The notes under the pieces: generated by a model | Databases searched by the model: none | What the model was told of the DNA's origin: nothing | Seen by the model: only the letters and a program-made list of their open reading frames with translations | Source: Ranitomeya imitator | Lineage: Eukaryota | Direction of reading: 5' to 3' | Length of the DNA stretch: 64,000 bases | NCBI RefSeq assembly: GCF_032444005.1 | Contig: NC_091283.1 | Location: 825,406,001 to 825,470,000, forward strand | Position numbers and translations under genes: made by a program | In this document: positions 37,788-49,549 of the stretch, in pieces | Layout: every line of letters starts with the position of its first letter | Position numbering within the stretch: the first letter of the stretch is position 1

Positions 37788-40343
37788 CTAGTAAAGTAAA
37801 ACTAGATACCCTACTCATTGAAGAAGTCGTAAAAAGTGTCTAAAACACTCTAATAAATGTGAAGCAAGAAATTCAGGACAGTTGTTTAGTGTAAACTAAG
37901 CCAGAATTCTGGTGCATTTAGCGTAATAAGTCTCTATTGTGTTTTAGTTTCTTGCTCTTTTTAACATTGCAAATTAGCATTTTAAGATTCCTCATAAAAG
38001 CATATTGTCTGACAAAAATGAAAGAAAAAGTTTATAAAATACACACTATACATAAAAAATGCGCTAAAAAATAGAAGCCTCTTGAAAAAAAAAGTGATCA
38101 AAAAATGACATGCTGGAAAAAAATCTCCAACATAAAAAATGCTAATAAAATGAAAAAAAAAAAAAAAACCTCCTTAAAATCCATACCAGTGTATGTATTT
38201 AACGTAATATTTTTATATCGACTCTCAGCAAACATGAGGAATCAGACTTTTTGTGTTGACAAAAATGGTGAGCAGATACTAAAAATACAGCTCTTTTACT
38301 CAAACGTTTTTCTGAGACGATACCGTTATAGCCATTTCTCTTTCCAAGAAAGATGGATTTGTCATGGATATATTTACTGCATGAACTGTGCTGTAGTTTA
38401 TTAAAGGGATGCTCTCTATTCTGGATCCTAATCTTTTGGCCAGAGTGAAGTGCAGTTACGAAGAGTTTCTCTCATTTTGGAGGACCAGTCCTATCCTGCT
38501 TTACTCAGACTACTCATTGATGCGAATGAACATTGTGTAATTATTCATTTCTCCTGTGGAGGCGCTGCAGGAAAATTGAACACTTAGTGCAGGCTTTATC
38601 CATAGACTACAACTAATCACCTGAGCAGGTCTCTAGGGTGACACTATGATCAGTTTATGCATGAGGCACCCTTCTAATAAGAACCATCAGGTTTTTTTAA
38701 TTCACCGTCCAGTTTAATATTTTTTTAAATTGTCTCTTAAAAAGCCAGAATAACAAGAACTATAAGTTTTTTTTTATTTGCCTTTCAGTTTAACCTCATG
38801 GCCAAATTTTTTTAAAATTGTGTCTTAAAAGCCAGAAACAAAAATAAAAACATATTACAGCAGGTCTTCTGTGGGCCCATGTTCCCCTCATATTACACTC
38901 TGCAGACCATGTACGCTATCGATATGTCGGAAATTGTTCCCTGATATGTCTCAGTATGCGCATTGTTACGTGTTACGGAACCACTCAGCACCCAGAATAT
39001 GTTGTGCAGTTATATGTATGTATAATAGGTTCCATGTGAGACGCATGTCCCTAATGCATCAGCCCACAGGCTGCGCCCCTGGGCAGAGGGGACACGATAT
39101 TCCCCTTTTGTCCTCCCCCCACCTTTGTAATTCCCACAGTAAATATCGGCAGGCTCCGGCCACCTGCGGCTATTGTAATGTATGTCTGGCCTGCCGCTTT
39201 TCTATTGGCCTGCCCTCTGTATCTGTGTTATATATTCTGTGTCCAGTGAGTAAAGTGTTGTTAGACTGGAAATACGTGGAGAAGCAGTGATATTTTATAT
39301 GCGCCCATGTAACCAAGCAATTCCAGCCAGTGTCCTTCATTCAGACTCCAGCCAAAGCAGAGTGGACCTCCTGAAACACGGGGTGGTACTGAAAGAGGTA
39401 CCCCAGCTTGGTAGACCCCGTTACAAGCATATAAAGCAAGACACATTTTCAGGACACCTTTTGATGCCCCAGTTATTTTTCTACCATGATCAAAAAATTT
39501 AAAACAGGACCCATTGCAAAAACAAAATTGTGATGCTGCCATTACAAATAATAATTATTGTGACCACAGGGGTGCAGCCAGAACCACACTCCATACAGTC
39601 AATGGTCTGAGCTTGTGCAACATCCGTCAACCTCATTCATGTAAAAAGATACGAACCAATTCTCCCGGAATGTCATGAAAGCTCTTGGGGGGAAAAAAGA
39701 AACTTCTGAACTCCTGGAGGAGTTGACAAATCTCCCAACACTGCCGAATGCCCCCAAAACGTAAATTCGGAGGTCATGTACGTGGCGTAGAGGGGAATTT
39801 TCGGGGTATGGAGGTTGTTGGTGAAAAATATGTGGCTCTATGGAAAAAATGTCAGGACTGCAGTCTTTCAACTCCCAGCCGGCAATTCTAAAAAGTTGGC
39901 AAGTGCAATAACTGTTACTGGTAGGTGGTAAGATGGCGGTTTAAAGGAGAACATTTGCTTTTTAAAGACCTCCATACACAATAGACTGAAGTTGGCTTTC
40001 CCCAAAAAGATAATGTGAGCAAAAGATCGTCAGCACATTGGAATTCCATTGATCAATCTTCCTATAAAGAGTAACACTTCATCCTGGGGCATAGTTGAGT
40101 ATATGGGGGCTTTCTGGTAGGGCTTGTGCCTTGGAAGCTGGGTGTCTAGGGTCACCAGCAATAAGATGCATGTGGGTCTCGAGGCATTTATGACATATCC
40201 TGCCCAGACCACAAGATAGGCATGGGACCTCAAGGGCGCTTGCTTTGGTTGGGAGATATTGTGTACTGTTTTGAAGAATATGATGGAGAGAACCCCAGCT
40301 GACCACTCTGCTCATTGCCAACTTGTTTTTTGTTATCTTACAG

Positions 40344-40480
40344 GTATGGCCACATATTCCGACAAGCTGTTTAAGTTTCGTAATGGCCGGTGGGAAGATA
40401 TACTGAGCGATGACATCAATATCCGCAGGGGAGTTGCCAATCGGTTTGCTGGGCGCTCAGTGGCCTGCATTGATAGAAAG
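40344..40480 (+). CDS. crtac1: Internal coding exon of cartilage acidic protein 1 (corresponds to human exon 4 as I recall it)
   Basis: Polypyrimidine acceptor ttgttttttgttatcttacag and donor AAG|gtaaga, 137 nt, phase 1 to phase 0. Translation GMATYSDKLFKFRNGRWEDILSDDINIRRGVANRFAGRSVACIDRK matches the CRTAC1 segment I recall (GVATYTDKLFKFRNNRWEDILSDEVNVARGVASLFAGRSVACVDRK). Confidence 0.93.
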
Positions 40481-40854
40481 GTAAGATGGGGACCACATTG
40501 TTCTGGAGTTCCTGGACCTTGGATTGGTAGAAGTTTAGTAACTTATTGTATACAATAAATAATACCGCACCTCACCCACCCACGCTCCACACTTTCCTTC
40601 TGGCATCAGTTGTCCTGAGAATAATGTTTTATATGGCTTCCTCAGGGGTTTACTGTTATTCGCTTTACTTTGTTGCCATATTTTATGTTATCTTTTTCTT
40701 GAAATTTAAATGTATTAGTGGAAATGAAGGAACAAAGTGTCACCCTCCAAAATGAAAAATTATTTAGCTTTTTAGGGGAGTCATTTTTTTGTTTGTGTGA
40801 ATACAGTATATATGTTTTTCTAAAGCCAAGTTCATGAAAGCTAGAGTAGGATAA

Positions 40855-41170
40855 CAGGCGGGAATTATAATATTACATGGGAGGGAAAAGTTGTCTTTTT
40901 CAGCGTTAAAGAAAAAAGACGTCTCAGAGAAGATCTCATTAGTATGTATGAATCCACGTAGTCAATACAGAGGACAGGCACAAGGTGTATTCTTTCCATT
41001 TACCTTATAAAGAACTAGGGGCTTTAATTATGTGTAGAGGAAAGGAAATTCTGGCATCTAAATAGGAAAGGGTTCTTTACAGTTAGAGCAGTAGTAATGG
41101 CTGACACTATAACAGCTTTTATAAAACATCTGGATGCTTTTCTGAAAACAAATAGTATTATGAGTTATAA
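40855..41170 (+). mobile_element. CR1 LINE 3' fragment, decayed
   Basis: Remnants of the CR1 ORF2 C-terminus: KRRL..DLI.MY, RTRG, RKGFFTVRAV, LDAFL. Confidence 0.65.
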
Positions 41171-41329
41171 ATAATCAATCATCACTACAACGCGCCGGCA
41201 TAAAGTCTGTCGTGAAGAATGAACCTATCACCCCTTGGCGTGTTAGCGGGGTGAAGGGATTATTTGTTTCTTTTTATCTCCTTTTGTAGGCAAAAGGGAT
41301 GCCCGATGGAGAGTGATTTTTAAGAAGAG

Positions 41330-42185
41330 ACACAATGGGGAATAACTATTATTAGGAGGCACAAAGGGGGTCATTATTATTAGTTATCAGGAGACATGAT
41401 GGGGGTCATTATTATAAGATGGCACAATGGGGGGTCACTATTATAAGAAGGCACAATGGGAGGTCATTATTATAAGATGGCACAATGGGGGGTCATTATT
41501 ATCAGTTATCAGGAGGCACGATGGAGGCCATTATTATAAGATGGCACAATGGTGGGTCATTATTATAAGAAGGCACAATGGGGGGTCATTATTATAAGGA
41601 GACGCAATGGGGGGGTCATTATTATAAAAAGGCACAATGGGAGGCCATTATTATCAGTTATCAGGAAGCACAGTGGGGGTCATTATTATAAGGAGACGCA
41701 ATGGGGGGTCATTATTATAAGGAGACGCAATGGGGGGTCATTATTATAAGAAGGCACAATGGGAGGCCATTATTATCAGTTATCAGGAAGCACAGTGGGG
41801 GTCATTATAAGGAGACGCAATGGGGGGTCATTATTATAAGAAGGCACAATAGGGTGTCATTATTATAAGGGAACACCATGGGGGGGTCATTATTATAAGG
41901 GAACACCATGGGGGGGTCGTTATTATAAGGAGGCGCAATGGGGGGTCGTTATTATAAGAAGGCACAATAGGGTGTCATTATTATAAGGAGACACCTTGGG
42001 GGGTGATTATTGTAAGGAGACACCTTGGGGGGTGATTATTATAAGAAGGCACAATGGGGGTCATTATTATAAGAAGGCACAATGGGGGTCATTATTGGTC
42101 ATTATTATAAGGAGACACCATGAGGGGGTCATTATTATAACAAGGCATTGTCAAGGGATCATAAGTATAAGGAGGCACACTAGAG
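41330..42185. repeat. ~29-bp minisatellite (GGGGGGTCATTATTATAAGGAGGCACAAT) with 37-38 bp variants
   Basis: About 28 degenerate tandem units read directly, ending at the hAT terminus. Confidence 0.92.
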
Positions 42186-42192
42186 TCATAAC

Positions 42193-42325
42193 TAGTGTTG
42201 AGCGATACCTTCCGATATCGGAAAGTATCGGTATCGGTTTGGATCGGCCGATATTCAAAAAATATCGGATATCGCCGATACCGATACCCGATCCCAATGC
42301 AAGTCAATGGGACCAAAATATCGGA
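42193..42325. promoter_or_regulatory. hAT terminal inverted repeat and subterminal motif cluster
   Basis: About ten (T)ATCGG/CCGAT(A) motifs in both orientations within 135 bp. Short subterminal repeats are the known transposase-binding sites in hAT elements such as Ac, Tol2 and Hermes. Confidence 0.75.
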
Positions 42326-43254
42326 ATTAAAATAAACCCTTTCTTTCCTTGTAGGTTCATTCTACCTGAAGGAAAACAACTAAGAATAATGTAGGATGTA
42401 TGGGGGAGGTGGCGGAGACATTAAAGGCAATGAGGATTAGTCCAATCAAATAGAATAGCATGTTTTTTTTTTTTTTTTAAAGAAGTTCGGATTGAAAAAG
42501 ATATTGAGTATGTAAATTTTTTTTATTTTGTCAGATATTGATGTTTCACTATTCCACGCCCTTCCCCTTCTTTTTTTTCTTTTTTTTTTTTTTCTTTTCC
42601 CACACTTTCATCTTCATCATCATCAGCATCCTTGACATCAACTTCTTCACCTTATTCATCTTCTTCTTCATCTTCTACCTATTTTTTTTTTTATTACATT
42701 CTTCATATTCATTTTCTTCAACTATTATTATTCTTCCTATTCTACATATTCTTTTTATTCCACTGTTATTATTCTTCCTATTCTACTTCTTCATCATATT
42801 CTCATTTGTGACAGGCATTCCCGTAGTTGTTATCTATAAAAGTTGGAAGATTACACCTTCCGTTCTGCCAGTCACAAAAGTTACATTTGTCCGCGTTCAG
42901 TTTGGCCTGCAGCATCAGGCTTTATCCAGGGGCACCACGAGGAGGAACGGACTCACCCCCATACACTGCTTAGTCTTCTTCTGCATATAATTTAGATAAT
43001 ATCTTTTGCTCTGATATTAAGTCTTATGCTTAATGTTCTTCTGCTCTTTGTTCTGCAGCCTCTTGTTCTTCTGCTTCTCGGTCTTCCATGTTGTCGTCTC
43101 CAGGGTCTTCGTCTCCAGTGTCGTCATCTCCGCCGTCGTCGTCTCAGCCGTCGTCGTCTCCGCCGTCGTCGTCGTCGTCGTCATCGGGGTGGTCTTCCGG
43201 GTCGTCGTCATCGGGGTGGTCTTCCGGGTTGTCGACGTTAGGGTCTTCAACTTG

Positions 43255-43860
43255 GAAATGTAGCAGAAGGTACAAGAAGGCTGAGAAAATGCCAAGAACC
43301 AGCTGATGGAACTGGAACTCGGATGGCTACCCGAAGGTTCAAGAGCCTATGGAACTACCGAGGACCAGCTGACGTTACTGGAACCCGGTTACTAAGCAGG
43401 AGGTACCCGTGCTAAAAAGCACTACCAAGGACCGCCTGACGTTGGCGGAACTCGGATACCCAGAAGGAGGCACCTAAGCCAAAGGCTCTGCCCGGAACCA
43501 GATGACGTTACTGGAACCAGGATGGGGAGCAGAAGGTACAAGAGCAAAAGACACTGCCGAGAACCAGCTGACGGTACTGGAACCCGGATGGGTAGCCGAA
43601 TGTCCAAGAGCCAATGGAACTACCAAGGACCAGCTGACGTTACTGGAACCCGGTTACTAAGCAGGAGGTACCCGTGCCTGAAAGCACTACCAAGGACCAC
43701 CTGACATTGGTGGAACTTGGATACCCAGAAGGAGGCACCTAAGCCAAAGGCTCTGCCCGGAACCAGCTGACGGTACTGGAACCAGGATGGGGAGCAGAAG
43801 GTACAAGAGCAAAAGACACTGCCGAGAACCAGCTGACGGTGCTGGAACCAGGTGGTGGAC
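43255..43860. repeat. ~66-bp monomer array arranged as a ~265-bp tetramer
   Basis: Motif GAACCAGCTGACG(G/T)TRCTGGAACC every 65-68 bp. Spacers 1-4 recur as spacers 5-8 (43296 vs 43561). Confidence 0.9.
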
Positions 43861-46800
43861 CCGAAGGCCCACAGGAGAGGAGAGAACAGCTAGGCCGCGA
43901 GGCAGCCGCAGTTACCGAACCCCAACAGTCCTACAGGGGGAGCTGGGCCTACTGGCACTACAGAACCAGCCTTGACTACCAGTTCACGCAGCCCACATAG
44001 GAAGCTCCTAAACTGGAGGCACCCTGGAGTTGGCTAACTCGACCGCCCCACGACGGGGCAAGCATAGGCGTCTCAGTGAAGTTGACACAACCCGGAAACA
44101 GCTGACGGTGCTGAAACCAGGCTTGGCACGAGGGAGTACCTGTGACAAGAACACTGCCGAGAACCAGCTGGCGGTGCTGGAACCCGGATGCGTTGCCCCA
44201 GTGTGCAAGAGCCAATGGCACGACCGAGGACCAGCTGACGGTGCTGGAACCCGGTTACTAAGCTGTAGGTGCCCGCGCTTAAAAGCACTACCAAGGACCG
44301 CCTGGCGTTGGCGGAACTCGGATACCCAGGAGGAGGCACCTAAGCCAAAGGCTCGGCCCGGAACCAGCTGACGGTGCTGGAACCAGGTGGTGGACCCCAA
44401 GGCCCACAGGAGAGGAGAGAACAGCTAGGCCGCGAGGCAGCCGCAGTTACCGAACCCCAACAGTCCTACAGGGGGAGCTGGGCCTACTGGCACTACAGAA
44501 CCAGCCTTGACTACCAGTTCACGCAGCCCACATAGGAAGCTCCTAAACTGGAGGCACCCTGGAGTTGGCTAACTCGACCGCCCCACGACGGGGCAAGCAT
44601 AGGCGTCTCAGTGAAGTTGACACAACCCGGAAACAGCTGACGGTGCTGAAACCAGGCTTGGCACGAGGGAGTACCTGTGACAAGAACACTGCCGAGAACC
44701 AGCTGGCGGTGCTGGAACCCGGATGCGTTGCCCCAGTGTGCAAGAGCCAATGGCACGACCGAGGACCAGCTGACGGTGCTGGAACCCGGTTACTAAGCTG
44801 TAGGTGCCCGCGCTTAAAAGCACTACCAAGGACCGCCTGGCGTTGGCGGAACTCGGATACCCAGGAGGAGGCACCTTAGCCAAAGGCTCGGCCCGGAACC
44901 AGCTGACGGTGCTGGAACCAGGTGGTGGACCCGAAGGCCCACAGGAGAGGAGAGAACAGCTAGGCCGCGAGGCAGCCGCAGTTACCGAACCCCAACAGTC
45001 CTACAGGGGGAGCTGGGCCTACTGGCACTACAGAACCAGCCTTGACTACCAGTTCACGCAGCCCACATAGGAAGCTCCTAAACTGGAGGCACCCTGGAGT
45101 TGGCTAACTCGACCGCCCCACGACGGGGCAAGCATAGGCGTCTCAGTGAAGTTGACACAACCCGGAAACAGCTGACGGTGCTGAAACCAGGCTTGGCACG
45201 AGGGAGTACCTGTGACAAGAACACTGCCGAGAACCAGCTGGCGGTGCTGGAACCCGGATGCGTTGCCCCAGTGTGCAAGAGCCAATGGCACGACCGAGGA
45301 CCAGCTGACGGTGCTGGAACCCGGTTACTAAGCTGTAGGTGCCCGCGCTTAAAAGCACTACCAAGGACCGCCTGGCGTTGGCGGAACTCGGATACCCAGG
45401 AGGAGGCACCTAAGCCAAAGGCTCGGCCCGGAACCAGCTGACGGTGCTGGAACCAGGTGGTGGACCCCAAGGCCCACAGGAGAGGAGAGAACAGCTAGGC
45501 CGCGAGGCAGCCGCAGTTACCGAACCCCAACAGTCCTACAGGGGGAGCTGGGCCTACTGGCACTACAGAACCAGCCTTGACTACCAGTTCACGCAGCCCA
45601 CATAGGAAGCTCCTAAACTGGAGGCACCCTGGAGTTGGCTAACTCGACCGCCCCACGACGGGGCAAGCATAGGCGTCTCAGTGAAGTTGACACAACCCGG
45701 AAACAGCTGACGGTGCTGAAACCAGGCTTGGCACGAGGGAGTACCTGTGACAAGAACACTGCCGAGAACCAGCTGGCGGTGCTGGAACCCGGATGTGTTG
45801 CCCCAGTGTGCAAGAGCCAATGGCACGACCGAGGACCAGCTGACGGTGCTGGAACCCGGTTACTAAGCTGTAGGTGCCCGCGCTTAAAAGCACTACCAAG
45901 GACCGCCTGGCGTTGGCGGAACTCGGATACCCAGGAGGAGGCACCTTAGCCAAAGGCTCGGCCCGGAACCAGCTGACGGTGCTGGAACCAGGTGGTGGAC
46001 CCCAAGGCCCACAGGAGAGGAGAGAACAGCTAGGCCGCGAGGCAGCCGCAGTTACCGAACCCCAACAGTCCTACAGGGGGAGCTGGGCCTACTGGCACTA
46101 CAGAACCAGCCTTGACTACCAGTTCACGCAGCCCACATAGGAAGCTCCTAAACTGGAGGCACCCTGGAGTTGGCTAACTCGACCGCCCCACGACGGGGCA
46201 AGCATAGGCGTCTCAGTGAAGTTGACACAACCCGGAAACAGCTGACGGTGCTGAAACCAGGCTTGGCACGAGGGAGTACCTGTGACAAGAACACTGCCGA
46301 GAACCAGCTGGCGGTGCTGGAACCCGGATGCGTTGCCCCAGTGTGCAAGAGCCAATGGCACGACCGAGGACCAGCTGACGGTGCTGGAACCCGGTTACTA
46401 AGCTGTAGGTGCCCGCGCTTAAAAGCACTACCAAGGACCGCCTGGCGTTGGCGGAACTCGGATACCCAGGAGGAGGCACCTTAGCCAAAGGCTCGGCCCG
46501 GAACCAGCTGACGGTGCTGGAACCAGGTGGTGGACCCCAAGGCCCACAGGAGAGGAGAGAACAGCTAGGCCGCGAGGCAGCCGCAGTTACCGAACCCCAA
46601 CAGTCCTACAGGGGGAGCTGGGCCTACTGGCACTACAGAACCAGCCTTGACTACCAGTTCACGCAGCCCACATAGGAAGCTCCTAAACTGGAGGCACCCT
46701 GGAGTTGGCTAACTCGACCGCCCCACGACGGGGCAAGCATAGGCGTCTCAGTGAAGTTGACACAACCCGGAAACAGCTGACGGTGCTGAAACCAGGCTTG

Positions 46801-49547
46801 GCACGAGGGAGTACCTGTGACAAGAACACTGCCGAGAACCAGCTGGCGGTGCTGGAACCCGGATGCGTTGCCCCAGTGTGCAAGAGCCAATGGCACGACC
46901 GAGGACCAGCTGACGGTGCTGGAACCCGGTTACTAAGCTGTAGGTGCCCGCGCTTAAAAGCACTACCAAGGACCGCCTGGCGTTGGCGGAACTCGGATAC
47001 CCAGGAGGAGGCACCTTAGCCAAAGGCTCGGCCCGGAACCAGCTGACGGTGCTGGAACCAGGTGGTGGACCCCAAGGCCCACAGGAGAGGAGAGAACAGC
47101 TAGGCCGCGAGGCAGCCGCAGTTACCGAACCCCAACAGTCCTACAGGGGGAGCTGGGCCTACTGGCACTACAGAACCAGCCTTGACTACCAGTTCACGCA
47201 GCCCACATAGGAAGCTCCTAAACTGGAGGCACCCTGGAGTTGGCTAACTCGACCGCCCCACGACGGGGCAAGCATAGGCGTCTCAGTGAAGTTGACACAA
47301 CCCGGAAACAGCTGACGGTGCTGAAACCAGGCTTGGCACGAGGGAGTACCTGTGACAAGAACACTGCCGAGAACCAGCTGGCGGTGCTGGAACCCGGATG
47401 CGTTGCCCCAGTGTGCAAGAGCCAATGGCACGACCGAGGACCAGCTGACGGTGCTGGAACCCGGTTACTAAGCTGTAGGTGCCCGCGCTTAAAAGCACTA
47501 CCAAGGACCGCCTGGCGTTGGCGGAACTCGGATACCCAGGAGGAGGCACCTAAGCCAAAGGCTCGGCCCGGAACCAGCTGACGGTGCTGGAACCAGGTGG
47601 TGGACCCGAAGGCCCACAGGAGAGGAGAGAACAGCTAGGCCGCGAGGCAGCCGCAGTTACCGAACCCCAACAGTCCTACAGGGGGAGCTGGGCCTACTGG
47701 CACTACAGAACCAGCCTTGACTACCAGTTCACGCAGCCCACATAGGAAGCTCCTAAACTGGAGGCACCCTGGAGTTGGCTAACTCGACCGCCCCACGACG
47801 GGGCAAGCATAGGCGTCTCAGTGAAGTTGACACAACCCGGAAACAGCTGACGGTGCTGAAACCAGGCTTGGCACGAGGGAGTACCTGTGACAAGAACACT
47901 GCCGAGAACCAGCTGGCGGTGCTGGAACCCGGATGCGTTGCCCCAGTGTGCAAGAGCCAATGGCACGACCGAGGACCAGCTGACGGTGCTGGAACCCGGT
48001 TACTAAGCTGTAGGTGCCCGCGCTTAAAAGCACTACCAAGGACCGCCTGGCGTTGGCGGAACTCGGATACCCAGGAGGAGGCACCTTAGCCAAAGGCTCG
48101 GCCCGGAACCAGCTGACGGTGCTGGAACCAGGTGGTGGACCCGAAGGCCCACAGGAGAGGAGAGAACAGCTAGGCCGCGAGGCAGCCGCAGTTACCGAAC
48201 CCCAACAGTCCTACAGGGGGAGCTGGGCCTACTGGCACTACAGAACCAGCCTTGACTACCAGTTCACGCAGCCCACATAGGAAGCTCCTAAACTGGAGGC
48301 ACCCTGGAGTTGGCTAACTCGACCGCCCCACGACGGGGCAAGCATAGGCGTCTCAGTGAAGTTGACACAACCCGGAAACAGCTGACGGTGCTGAAACCAG
48401 GCTTGGCACGAGGGAGTACCTGTGACAAGAACACTGCCGAGAACCAGCTGGCGGTGCTGGAACCCGGATGCGTTGCCCCAGTGTGCAAGAGCCAATGGCA
48501 CGACCGAGGACCAGCTGACGGTGCTGGAACCCGGTTACTAAGCTGTAGGTGCCCGCGCTTAAAAGCACTACCAAGGACCGCCTGGCGTTGGCGGAACTCG
48601 GATACCCAGGAGGAGGCACCTTAGCCAAAGGCTCGGCCCGGAACCAGCTGACGGTGCTGGAACCAGGTGGTGGACCCCAAGGCCCACAGGAGAGGAGAGA
48701 ACAGCTAGGCCGCGAGGCAGCCGCAGTTACCGAACCCCAACAGTCCTACAGGGGGAGCTGGGCCTACTGGCACTACAGAACCAGCCTTGACTACCAGTTC
48801 ACGCAGCCCACATAGGAAGCTCCTAAACTGGAGGCACCCTGGAGTTGGCTAACTCGACCGCCCCACGACGGGGCAAGCATAGGCGTCTCAGTGAAGTTGA
48901 CACAACCCGGAAACAGCTGACGGTGCTGAAACCAGGCTTGGCACGAGGGAGTACCTGTGACAAGAACACTGCCGAGAACCAGCTGGCGGTGCTGGAACCC
49001 GGATGCGTTGCCCCAGTGTGCAAGAGCCAATGGCACGACCGAGGACCAGCTGACGGTGCTGGAACCCGGTTACTAAGCTGTAGGTGCCCGCGCTTAAAAG
49101 CACTACCAAGGACCGCCTGGCGTTGGCGGAACTCGGATACCCAGGAGGAGGCACCTAAGCCAAAGGCTCGGCCCGGAACCAGCTGACGGTGCTGGAACCA
49201 GCTGGTGGACCCGAAGGCCCACAGGAGAGGAGAGAACAGCTAGGCCGCGAGGCAGCCGCAGTTACCGAACCCCAACAGTCCTACAGGGGGAGCTGGGCCT
49301 ACTGGCACTACAGAACCAGCCTTGACTACCAGTTCACGCAGCCCACATAGGAAGCTCCTAAACTGGAGGCACCCTGGAGTTGGCTAACTCGACCGCCCCA
49401 CGACGGGGCAAGCATAGGCGTCTCAGTGAAGTTGACACAACCCGGAAACAGCTGACGGTGCTGAAACCAGGCTTGGCACGAGGGAGTACCTGTGACAAGA
49501 ACACTGCCGAGAACCAGCTGGCGGTGCTGGAACCCGGATGCGTTGCC
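43830..49547. repeat. 535-bp tandem array, ~10.7 copies, >99% identical
   Basis: Identical ORF calls recur at 44030, 44565 ... 49380 (period exactly 535). Confidence 0.98.
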
Positions 49548-49549
49548 TT

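Noticed and set aside
42538-42990. 150-aa Phe/Ile-rich ORF as a membrane protein
   Set aside because: Derived from T-rich low-complexity sequence, which is the complement of the purine-rich minus strand.
43255-49547. True CRISPR array
   Set aside because: Vertebrate context, no cas genes, and spacers that are homologous to each other and repeat in fixed order.
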